From: Desulfobacterales bacterium
Lineage (GTDB): Bacteria > Desulfobacterota > Desulfobacteria > Desulfobacterales > UBA2245
Direction of reading: 5' to 3'
NCBI GenBank assembly: GCA_040771865.1
Contig: JAXGZF010000003.1
Location: forward strand, 372,001 to 436,000
DNA length: 64,000 nucleotides
Shown one piece after another: positions 27,346-35,923 of this stretch. Each line of letters starts with the position of its first letter. The first letter of the stretch is position 1. The translations under genes were made by a program, and so were the position numbers. The notes under the pieces were generated by a model. That model ran no database searches. It was not told the origin of the DNA and saw only the letters and a list, made by a program, of their open reading frames with translations.

Positions 27346-27888
27346 TTACACACCATCTGGAAGCTTCGATCGCATCATTTCCCTTCGATTCAACCTGCGC
27401 CCATCCACTATAAAAGTTCCATCGCCAACTGCGTGAATAGTTCGCTTCTCTTTTCGTGAACTATCGAAGTACGCAGCAACGCCTTCGAGTACGACAATAT
27501 TGTGCTTTTTGACGATATCGATAACTTTACATTCGATATTTGCCAGGCATTCCTCAATTAGAGGCGAGCCGACATACTTTCCCTTCACAGGAGTTAGCCC
27601 AAACTTTTCAAATTTATCCGTGTCGGCGCCGGAACATGTTCCCACGCCAACGACCTGGTCAATTAGATCCACAGTGGGAATTGCAATTACGCATTCTCTT
27701 GATTCGCTGAGCGCGGTGTAGGAATAGTTCCAGGGACCTGTAGTTATGGCGAATATCGGCGTAAAATCAACCACCATGGTCCATGAGATCGTCATGATGT
27801 TGTTCTTCTCTCCATTATTTGTCGTAATGAGGACAACTGGGCCTGGTTCGATCAGAGTGAATGCTTTGCTAATCTGCATAGTTTTCAT
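27346..27888 (-). CDS. Flavin reductase-like (DIM6/NTAB) protein; probable cassette gene
   Basis: EPGPVVLITT, NIMTISW, GTCSGADTDKF, PLIEECLANIEC; lower GC; preceded on the minus strand by GTCAGGC and an attI-like repeat. Confidence 0.85.
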   Translation of the reverse strand: MKTMQISKAFTLIEPGPVVLITTNNGEKNNIMTISWTMVVDFTPIFAITTGPWNYSYTALSESRECVIAIPTVDLIDQVVGVGTCSGADTDKFEKFGLTPVKGKYVGSPLIEECLANIECKVIDIVKKHNIVVLEGVAAYFDSSRKEKRTIHAVGDGTFIVDGRRLNRREMMRSKLPDGV

Positions 27889-27910
27889 CACTGCACACCT
27901 CATAGTATTT

Positions 27911-28041
27911 GCCTGACTATTTAAATAGATGGAAAATTGTCCATCTATCACCTACATAAAACGGAAAATATTCCGCCTATGCTGATACTCTATGTTAATA
28001 AACATGGAAAAGACAGGCCATGATTTTTCCATGTTTCTGGT
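27911..28041 (-). mobile_element. attI-like/intI promoter region, copy A
   Basis: Direct repeat of 29569-29696 with palindromes atagatgga..tccatctat and aaacatggaaaa..ttttccatgttt; core GTCAGGC on the minus strand. Confidence 0.6.
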
Positions 28042-28176
28042 CGTGATCCATAGTTGACGCTTCGGAAGCCTTGATCCGCATTATTTTTGCAGAACTGAGC
28101 CCCGCAAGATTTCATGAAGCGCATTTCACTTCAAAACAAACGGGCAATCGTGGCCAAAATGATTCCGGAATGATTT

Positions 28177-28656
28177 ATGTCAATATACCAATGCCCGTCC
28201 CTGATATGCCCCACGCAGTGGGTGGTTGACTGCAAGGATGCAGGCGACGGCGAGGAGGCCCTTGTCTATCTTGGCCGCTACCTGTACCGGGGCGTCATCC
28301 GGGAGCAGGACATTCTGCAGTGCCGGGACGGCATGGTAACCTTCCGCTATCGCCATGCCAAAAGCGGAGAAGACCGGACCAGAACCATCAAGGGCGAGTA
28401 CTTCCTCTACCTGCTCATGCTCCATGTGCTGCCCCGAGGATTTCGACGGGCAAGGTCGTATGGCTTCCTCCATGCATGCAGCAAAAAGCTCGTCCGTTTC
28501 CTGCAACTGGTGCTGCGGGCCACGCCTTGGCGCTCCCTTATCCGCAACCTCAAGCAACGGTCGGCAATCATCTGCCCGGCCTGCGGGGCCGCCATGGTGA
28601 TCATCGCAACGAAAATTGCCCGGCCACCGGCCCTGGCCGCTGCGTTACAGCAATAG
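28177..28656 (+). pseudogene. IS91-family (Y2 rolling-circle) transposase, C-terminal fragment
   Basis: YLGRYLYRG (YxxxY), VTFRY, LHVLPRGFRRARSYGFL, C-terminal CPACG; N-terminal half absent. Confidence 0.85.
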
Positions 28657-28900
28657 ACGATCGGAGGCAAGGGCATGTAAACGGGAGCCATGACATTACC
28701 GAGGGCAAGGGCCGGATTTCACCGGAGTGGAACTCATACGCCCGGAAAATACCCAAAAACAGCGTAAAACAACATGATACAACACTTATATCCATCTCAA
28801 AGAACATTGCAGGGGTCGCTTCCACCTTCCTACCATCCAGCCGACTGATCCAACCCCCTCGGCGCCAAAAAGCTCTTTTCTATATATGACCGCCGGGCTC

Positions 28901-28963
28901 GTCCAACAAACGGTTCAGATTGTGGCTCGCTACGCACGCACAATCTAACCTTATTCGATAGGC
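28901..28963 (+). mobile_element. attC-like site downstream of the IS91 remnant (core GAT variant)
   Basis: GTCCAAC-aaac-ggttcagattgtg...cacaatctaacc-ttattc-GATAGGC; extra C in the left arm. Confidence 0.7.
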
Positions 28964-29050
28964 GGAGCGCGAGCGAAGCCTATCAAGGGCGTGAAGAGAC
29001 GATGCTCAACAGCCGGCGATAGGGCGGACCCGAGCGCAGCGAACGGTCCA

Positions 29051-29099
29051 CCCTATCGCCCCGCATCACCAGCTTGTCTGGTGAATGCGGTGGTTATGT
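29051..29099 (-). mobile_element. attC site of the zinc-ribbon cassette (core GAT variant)
   Basis: Minus strand: ACATAAC-cacc-gcattcacca..tggtgatgc-ggggc-GATAGGG; ACATAAC is the exact complement of GTTATGT at the cassette start. Confidence 0.75.
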
Positions 29100-29108
29100 G
29101 AGGATTTG

Positions 29109-29531
29109 TTAATCATCTAAATTAAACGCTTCACCTTTGCCATAACCTCTATCGCATGTGGCGCAATAAAGATCGGATGAAAGCGGTGAATGACATTTTT
29201 GACAAAAAAGAACGCCCGATGTTTTATGTTGCCAGACACCCGGATCGGGGAGCCAGTCGCAAGTTTTTGAATTTATTTCATTTATATAAGATTTAATAAT
29301 AGATTTTTGTTTCTTTTGGAGGATAACTGATGAAAATATTAATCCAATTACTACCAATAACAATATCGAGCATATTTTTATTAACAATCCCTTGGGCATT
29401 GAATCGACAAGCGATAAAAGCCAATTTTCGGGAGGAAGAGATAGGATTGATGAACTCAGGAATACTATTAGGAGCCATATTAATAGTAATTTCCCATTTT
29501 TTATGGCGATTTTTAGAATATCTACTATCAT
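29109..29531 (-). CDS. Hypothetical AT-rich cassette protein with two TM helices and a C-terminal CxxC...CxxC zinc ribbon
   Basis: Two hydrophobic helices, FCQKCH...YCATCD; bounded by GTTATGTG and CACATAAC on the minus strand. Confidence 0.7.
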   Translation of the reverse strand: MIVDILKIAIKNGKLLLIWLLIVFLSSSILSLPPENWLLSLVDSMPKGLLIKICSILLLVVIGLIFSSVILQKKQKSIIKSYINEINSKTCDWLPDPGVWQHKTSGVLFCQKCHSPLSSDLYCATCDRGYGKGEAFNLDD

Positions 29532-29568
29532 TATACTTGCCACCTTGCTGCATCTGTTGATTTTCAAC

Positions 29569-29696
29569 ACATAACATTGTCAATAGATGGAAAATTGTCC
29601 ATCTATTACCTATATAAAACTGAAAATATTCCATCTATTCCGATATTGAGTTATAAAACATGGAAAAATAGGCTTAAATTTTTCCATGTTTCCGGT
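29569..29696 (-). mobile_element. attI/intI promoter region, copy B
   Basis: GTTATGT core on the minus strand directly before the cassette; divergent intI stub 17 bp beyond; repeat of 27911-28041. Confidence 0.7.
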
Positions 29697-29712
29697 TCAA
29701 TATGCAAATCGT

Positions 29713-29829
29713 ATGGAAACAGAGAGCAAATCCAAATTCAGACCGGATCCAAAATTAAAGCTGATGGTCCAGGTTCGTCAGGTGCTGCGTTATCGTCACT
29801 TACAGTCATCATGCCGCGAAAATCGATAA
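29713..29829 (+). pseudogene. intI: Integron integrase 5' remnant (38 codons)
   Basis: Manual translation METESKSKFRPDPKLKLMVQVRQVLRYRH resembles the IntI N-terminal KL(L/M)DQVR..LR..HY motif; divergent from attI. Confidence 0.7.
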
Positions 29830-29909
29830 TTGTCGCTGCCGAAGCTTATCCAATTCCCCTGGAATGTTGAATCCGGGGAGAGTTGTTCTCTCATTTTTGT
29901 TTCCTGACC

Positions 29910-32582
29910 TCAGCCGTGATTGCCGGGCAGGCCTTCGTCGTCTTTATATCCTTTTGCGACGACATAAAAGTATTTGCCGACGGCCCTTCCGTTTTTACGG
30001 ATAACAAGTTCCTGAACATCGCCCATTTGGCTGATGCGCGAGCGGACGCTGGCTTTACTTAAATAGCGGCGTTCGGGGCATACCAGAATCAGCGGCCGGT
30101 TTTCGTTCACTTTTTCAGGAAACCAGTACCGATACATCAGGCTGTTGCCGCCAAACAGATGACAGCCGGATGTCTCCGCGACACCTTCACTCGCCGTCAG
30201 GCCATTTTTATCCTCTGCTAATTCCGGACGATAAAATGCGAGCAAACTGGCGGTTCTGTATTTATCCATTCCCACCACGAGCGGCTCCACGCCGCTTGCC
30301 AGTTCAATATCATTTTCAATCTGTTCGATTTGCTGTCCAAGATCGCTGCCTCCCACAAGCGGAAAGTTTTCAGGATAGGGAATGCCCGGAATCCCCAGGG
30401 AAATGTAATGAAGCGAAGCGGCATAGATCAGCAAACTTGCGGCAATGGTGGCGGGCCAGGCGCGTTGAACCAGATGGGCCAGTCGCCGGGATGCGATGCC
30501 CGTTTCCGGCGCCATATAGTGGGCGATAAACGGCATCAACGAGAGCCATAATGGCCCCGTCCAGTTAAGTTTGACGGGTTTTGAAAGGCTGAATGTCAGG
30601 AAAACGGACAGTGGAACCAGCAGGAGCACCAACGAAAAGGTGTAGCTGCGACTTTTTGAATGGATGGGGGCAAGAGAAGAACCCGCCCGGCATGATTTTC
30701 TGAAAAAGAGGAGTGAAACGGCGGCTGCAAACCCCGTCGGGGTGAGTAAAACAAGAATGCTGCCGATCAGCTCATGCAGGGAAAAATCAACTCCTCCGGC
30801 AACCCTGCGCGGCCCTTGGAATATAAAAGAGGCCCATTCGTGATCGAAGTTCCAGGCAATGACCGGTGAAAAGAGCGCCAGGCCGATACATGCCGCAATA
30901 TATGGGTCCGGTTTCAAAAACCAGCGGCGGGATCGAGGGTCCATGACCATGAAAAGCAATGCGGCCGGGCCAAGGAGTGCGATCGTATATTTGGAAAGCA
31001 TTCCGAGCCCCAAACAGACGCCGACTCCCAGCCAGGCATGACGACTCTCTTCAATCAGCGCTCGGTACAGGAAATAAAGCGTTCCGGACCAGCAGGCGAT
31101 AAGCGGGGCATCGGGCGTCATTAAAAGACCCACGCTAAAGAAAATCGGCAGGATGGCGATCAGCATCAGCGTTCTGAAGGCGGTTGACTTGTCGAAAATT
31201 CGATACGCAAGTTTATAAGAAAAGAGCGCTGTAAACAGCCAGCAGACAAAAGCCCCGATGCGAACGCCGAATTCGGTGTCTCCAAAAAGCATCGTTCCCA
31301 AGTGGATGATCCAGGCCACCATCGGGGGATGATCCAGGTAGCCGATGTCCAGGTGCTGCGCATAATTCCAGTAATAGGCCTCCTGATGAAGCAGTTCCGT
31401 GGCCCCGATATAGACGCCCCTTAAAAACAGTAAATAGCCGACGACGAACATGGAGAAAATGCGCCACCGTATATTCGACTGGTTTCCGGAAGTGGCTTGG
31501 GGAAAAACAAAAAAGGCGCACCCCAGATAATTGATCCCGGCCGCGGCCCCGATAGCCGCCAGTATAGCCGCATGAACAGGCCATCCGAAAACCTGCGTCA
31601 AGGTAGCCAAAACCCCTCCTCGAAGGAATACGGCCAGAAGCGCGATCATGAGAAATGACGGGTAACGGCGGGATTCGCAGACCGCATGGGTCTCAATTTC
31701 CTGACGAAACGCCCATCTGGAATTCAGAAAATAGTTGGTCAGCGAGGCCGCAACAAAACTTACGGTGTGGGCCGCCCCTAAGCTCAGCCCACTTGAAAAG
31801 AGCGCTTGAAATATTGATAAATCAACGACAAGCCCCAGAAGGCCGACCATCATGAAGCGAAGGCCGCTGGCAGCCGAGACATTTCCGCCGGCCAGTTGTA
31901 TCAACTGGTGTATATATTCCCAGATGATCCTCGGCCCGAGCTTTGAAGTTCCCATGCGGCGGTCATGAAATTCAATCGGCACTTCGACCACCCGCAGCGA
32001 ATCGCCCCCGGCCGCCAGCAGTTCCAGCCCGATTTTGAAACCGGAAACGTCTCTTTGCAACTGGAGAAGTCGATTCCGTCGCACGGCAAAGAAGCCGGAC
32101 ATGGGATCATTCACGTCACAAAACGGCCACGCGAGAAGGGTTGCCGTACGGGAGGCAATTTTACGGAAAACCTTCCAGTCCGGTGTCGAGCCCCCGGGAA
32201 TATACCGGCTGCCGATGGCCATATCGCAGGCGTTATTCAATAGCGGCGCAATAAGGGCCGTTATGGCTTCCGGCGGGTGGCTTAGATCCGCGTCCATGAC
32301 AACGGCAATATCTCCGGTGGCGATTGCTGCACCGTCCACGATTGCGCTTGCCAGTCCACGTTTTTCCAAACGGCGAAGAATCCGGACCGGGAAAACGGAT
32401 TGATGCCTTTCAGCCACATCGCAGGTGCCATCCGTTGACCCATCATCGACAATGACCACCTCCAGATCATAGGACCTCGATGAACAGCAGCGGGCGATTC
32501 TCGAAAGCAGCTCGTCCATATTTTCAGCTTCGTTTACAGTCGGTATAATAATCGAGACTGATTGCATCTTGGATGATTCCAT
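29910..32582 (-). CDS. Fused polyprenol-phosphate glycosyl synthase (GT2, DPM1-like) + GtrA-like + ArnT/PMT-type membrane glycosyltransferase
   Basis: IIIPTVNEAEN, VDDGSTDGT, MDADLSHPP, DPMSGFF; GtrA-like NYFLNSRWAF; QEAYYWNYAQHLDIGYLDHPPM, TPDAPL, LSKYT. Confidence 0.88.
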   Translation of the reverse strand: MESSKMQSVSIIIPTVNEAENMDELLSRIARCCSSRSYDLEVVIVDDGSTDGTCDVAERHQSVFPVRILRRLEKRGLASAIVDGAAIATGDIAVVMDADLSHPPEAITALIAPLLNNACDMAIGSRYIPGGSTPDWKVFRKIASRTATLLAWPFCDVNDPMSGFFAVRRNRLLQLQRDVSGFKIGLELLAAGGDSLRVVEVPIEFHDRRMGTSKLGPRIIWEYIHQLIQLAGGNVSAASGLRFMMVGLLGLVVDLSIFQALFSSGLSLGAAHTVSFVAASLTNYFLNSRWAFRQEIETHAVCESRRYPSFLMIALLAVFLRGGVLATLTQVFGWPVHAAILAAIGAAAGINYLGCAFFVFPQATSGNQSNIRWRIFSMFVVGYLLFLRGVYIGATELLHQEAYYWNYAQHLDIGYLDHPPMVAWIIHLGTMLFGDTEFGVRIGAFVCWLFTALFSYKLAYRIFDKSTAFRTLMLIAILPIFFSVGLLMTPDAPLIACWSGTLYFLYRALIEESRHAWLGVGVCLGLGMLSKYTIALLGPAALLFMVMDPRSRRWFLKPDPYIAACIGLALFSPVIAWNFDHEWASFIFQGPRRVAGGVDFSLHELIGSILVLLTPTGFAAAVSLLFFRKSCRAGSSLAPIHSKSRSYTFSLVLLLVPLSVFLTFSLSKPVKLNWTGPLWLSLMPFIAHYMAPETGIASRRLAHLVQRAWPATIAASLLIYAASLHYISLGIPGIPYPENFPLVGGSDLGQQIEQIENDIELASGVEPLVVGMDKYRTASLLAFYRPELAEDKNGLTASEGVAETSGCHLFGGNSLMYRYWFPEKVNENRPLILVCPERRYLSKASVRSRISQMGDVQELVIRKNGRAVGKYFYVVAKGYKDDEGLPGNHG

Positions 32583-32929
32583 TCTTTTGTTATCCTCAAT
32601 AATTCCTCTGAATATCCGGGATGTTCCGGAACCTTACCGCTCCCGCCCTGTGCGTCTGCAACGTCTTGAACGGGGCAAAAATCGGGGCATCCTATGTTTT
32701 TATGCGTTTATATGTCATCAGTTCTAACTGCTTTTCCTTTTCAAGCTGTTCACCCATTTTTCGGCAAGACTTACCGCCGGCCGGCCGCCTGTGACTATAT
32801 CATCCGGAGTAACTTGCGCAAGTTGTTAAAGGGGTGAACTACGTGAATCGAATCAAACAAAAAGGATCGCCTCCTATTCCATACAACTTTTGAATATAAC
32901 GCTGGCAAAGGACATATCGGCCGTTTTAA

Positions 32930-33072
32930 CAGGCTGTTGAAAAACTGCGCCTGAGGCCGCCATTCAGCGTTGCGCGGCTCTCGCCAATGCTCACATATGC
33001 TTGAATATGCTGCGCTTGTCGCATCGCCGCGCGCCTTGCCTGACGGCCTGATTCTTGTTTTTCAACACCCTG
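32930..33072. mobile_element. 143-bp MITE, copy 1, TTAA target duplication
   Basis: Terminal inverted repeats CAGGCTGTTGAAAAAC / GTTTTTCAACACCCTG, flanked by TTAA on both sides; near-identical to 44129-44271. Confidence 0.9.
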
Positions 33073-33280
33073 TTAAGCTCGGTAGACCGCCTGATCGAAA
33101 ATGCGAGATAAACACACAGCCTCGTCTTTGACAAGATAATTTCCCTAATGCCAGACACGACTTCTATAATATATCGGCGAACGGGAAGACAAGGAGAAAT
33201 TCTGCCCATATGCATCGCCATATTGTGTGTGCACGATGGGGGTATGCGGCGAACCGGAATGCGGTTCGGGCTGAATCGAT

Positions 33281-33394
33281 TGCGCCGGCGGTGAATCGGA
33301 AAAATAGGGAAGAAGCGCGATACGAAAGAAGCCGGTGAAGCGGTGGGGCCGGACCGCGAATAATGAATTTGCCTGATAAAGCTCCGGCGCAACA
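33281..33394 (+). repeat. Bipartite non-coding motif, copy 2
   Basis: Same two conserved blocks as 27068-27187. Confidence 0.7.
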
Positions 33395-33667
33395 GCCTTC
33401 GCATATTTTGCTTGACCCGGTATTTTCAGGCGCTTATAAAAAATCAAGGCGCCTCATTCAAGACTTGTCAATCGGCAGCTCCATTGGATTCGAATTCTGA
33501 GTTTTTAGTTTGACGCCACCAAGGGAACGTTCAGATGAAAATCAGACTCGTTCAATATTTAATCCCCGACATCAGGAAAACAAGCAGCCCGTCCTTGTTT
33601 ATGGATTATTGCACCTTAAGGGATGCGCAATTGCAGCCTGCCTGCAGAATAAGGGAAAGGAGAAGAA

Positions 33668-34846
33668 ATGAATCCAGCCAATATCGTTTCAACCCCCCTG
33701 CGGTATCTTGACAAGGCCCTCAATGGCCTGCGCGACATGGGTCTCATGCCCGCAAAGCCGGACGAGATGCCGGTCGTCGCCCTGATCAACCGGATCAGCG
33801 ACCTGGACGAGGAGAAAACCATTGCGATCGCCCGCACTCTCAGCAACACCACGGTTTTCAACGAGGTGGTGCGCGAGCAGATTACAGCGATGAACGTGGG
33901 CGAGCGATATGAAGTCATCACCAATGCGTTCGACAGTATCCGCGACGACGCCAAATCCATGGTCGATCAGCTCAGCGACGGCAAAATCGACACCATGGAG
34001 AAGATTTCCAACTTCTGGATGAAGGCCACCCGCGGAGATATTCCCAGCCGCTTTCGCAAGATCAAGAAGACCTACATGGAGGTATCATCCGACACCAAGG
34101 ACCAGATGGAGCGAGAGGTTCGGATTCTGGAGTCCTACCGGGATTTTCGAGGGGCTCTGAAAGAGGCTCAGGTTATGGCTTTTCAGGTGCTCAAAAAAGC
34201 CGAGACTGCAGTCGAGGTGGCCAAGGCCCGTCTGGAAGAGGCGGTCAAGGCGCTGGAAACATACACCGGGCAGGACCGGGAGCAGATTGCGAGACTGGAG
34301 CTTGCCCGCGACGAGCTTCTGCGCGAACTGCAGGTGCAGGACAAACGGTATCAAATTGCAAAGGACCTGGCCGAGAACCTGTCGGTAAGCTACAACACCA
34401 CCGAGGTGGTGATGGCGCGTCTGGCCCAGACCTCCGATATCAAGGAGCGTGTTTACTCCCAGGCGGTCTCTTTCTTCGGCACCAATGAAACGGTGTTTAC
34501 GGCCTTAAACGCCTCTTTTACAAGCCTGCAGGGGCTCCACGAGAGCACTGAAACCCTGAACGCCATGAAGGAGGGCATCAACAAGAGCCTCGAGACCCTG
34601 TCCGATGTGGGCGACAAGGTTCAGGAGAAGGCCCTTCGGGCCGGCTACGGACCCACCATCAAGGCTGAAAGCGTTAAGAAACTGCTCGACTCGGTGATAA
34701 ATTTCCAGGAAAAGTCCCGCTCTCTGATTGCCGAAATGCGCGAACTCAGCACCCGCAACGAGCTGGAGATCCGGCAGGCGGTGGAGGACGGCAAGCGGCG
34801 TCTCGTGCAGCTGACCGCAGCCGGAAAGCAATTGGCCAATGAGTGA
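33668..34846 (+). CDS. Conserved alpha-helical/coiled-coil protein of unknown function
   Basis: 392-aa ORF with host-like codon usage, strong RBS, long heptad-rich helices, no signal peptide. Confidence 0.8.
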   Translation: MNPANIVSTPLRYLDKALNGLRDMGLMPAKPDEMPVVALINRISDLDEEKTIAIARTLSNTTVFNEVVREQITAMNVGERYEVITNAFDSIRDDAKSMVDQLSDGKIDTMEKISNFWMKATRGDIPSRFRKIKKTYMEVSSDTKDQMEREVRILESYRDFRGALKEAQVMAFQVLKKAETAVEVAKARLEEAVKALETYTGQDREQIARLELARDELLRELQVQDKRYQIAKDLAENLSVSYNTTEVVMARLAQTSDIKERVYSQAVSFFGTNETVFTALNASFTSLQGLHESTETLNAMKEGINKSLETLSDVGDKVQEKALRAGYGPTIKAESVKKLLDSVINFQEKSRSLIAEMRELSTRNELEIRQAVEDGKRRLVQLTAAGKQLANE

Positions 34847-35783
34847 CAACGAACAGACCCGAAAGACCGATCTCAACGAGGTCATGCTGGCCATGGACGT
34901 GGTGGACACGCTGCGGCACCAGCAGTCGCTTGTCGACCGCGAGCTCGGGGCGGAGGATCATGACCGTGCGCTGATCGAAAAGGTCCGGGACATCTACGCC
35001 GGACAGGGGCTTACCGTATCTGAAGACATTATCGCCGAAGGCGTGAGAGCCCTTCGCGAGGAGCGTTTTACCTACCGTCCTCCGAAAGACAGTTTTCAGT
35101 TGACCCTTGCCCGCCTGTACGTCAACCGCGGGCGTTGGGTCAAGCGGGGGGCGCTGGCGGTTCTGGTCCTGCTGGCGATTTACATGATGCACCACCTCTT
35201 TGTGGTCGCGCCTCAGAATCGTGTCCGGGAGCAGCAGCAGCGAACCTTGCAGGAACTGACGGCCATGCCGGCAAAGCTTGCCGAGGAGCGGGATCGGGTG
35301 CTGGCCGAGGCTCGTGAGGATGCGGCACGGAAGAAGGCTGAAGGGCTTTACGAGGATGCCATGGCCGGCGTGTCGCGTCAGGATGCCGAGGCCGCGAACA
35401 AAGGATATGCGGCGCTCAGGCAGCTTTATGATCAGTTGACCCTGGAATATCAGTTGCACATCGTTTCAAGGCCGGGCGCGTCCAGCGGCGTATGGAGAGT
35501 TCCCGAGAACAACCCGAATGCCCGGAACTACTATATTATCGTTGAGGCCGTTGCCCATGACGGCAGACGCCTTGCGCTTCCCGTCGTCAGCGAGGAGGAC
35601 GGCAAAACGCATACCGTGGAGCAGTGGGGCTTGCGCGTCAAATCCGATGTTTTTGAACAGGTCAGACGCGACAAGATGGACGACGGCATCATCAATCGCA
35701 ATGTGTTCGGGGTTAAAAAGCGCGGGTACCTGACGCCTGAGTTCAGTTTTCCGACCACCGGCGGCGCCATTGCCCAGTGGTAG
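34839..35783 (+). CDS. DUF6384-like single-pass membrane protein
   Basis: LNEVMLAMDVVDTLRH N-terminus, one TM helix, C-terminal RNYYIIVEA and DKMDDGII; overlaps the upstream stop. Confidence 0.7.
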   Translation: MSDNEQTRKTDLNEVMLAMDVVDTLRHQQSLVDRELGAEDHDRALIEKVRDIYAGQGLTVSEDIIAEGVRALREERFTYRPPKDSFQLTLARLYVNRGRWVKRGALAVLVLLAIYMMHHLFVVAPQNRVREQQQRTLQELTAMPAKLAEERDRVLAEAREDAARKKAEGLYEDAMAGVSRQDAEAANKGYAALRQLYDQLTLEYQLHIVSRPGASSGVWRVPENNPNARNYYIIVEAVAHDGRRLALPVVSEEDGKTHTVEQWGLRVKSDVFEQVRRDKMDDGIINRNVFGVKKRGYLTPEFSFPTTGGAIAQW

Positions 35784-35923
35784 ATCCGGTTTGAGGGCTT
35801 TTGAAAACCTGCTGCGGCTGTTAAATGAAAAAACAATCCGCGGCGCTATCGACATCCGGTCTCAGCCTGCCGCCGGTTCTTCCCTGTCATCAAATGCCCT
35901 TGTTCCATGAGGAGTGATATAAA

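Noticed and set aside
27300..27350. Expected attC downstream of the flavin reductase cassette
   Set aside because: No convincing paired RYYYAAC/GTTRRRY palindrome found; probably lost, so not annotated
29577..29870. 97-aa ORF spanning the attI repeat
   Set aside because: Runs through palindromic non-coding repeat; the IntI-like signal is in a different frame (29713-29829)
21500..33400. Possible CRISPR array among the repeats
   Set aside because: Repeats are dispersed, not regularly spaced with unique spacers, and no cas genes are present
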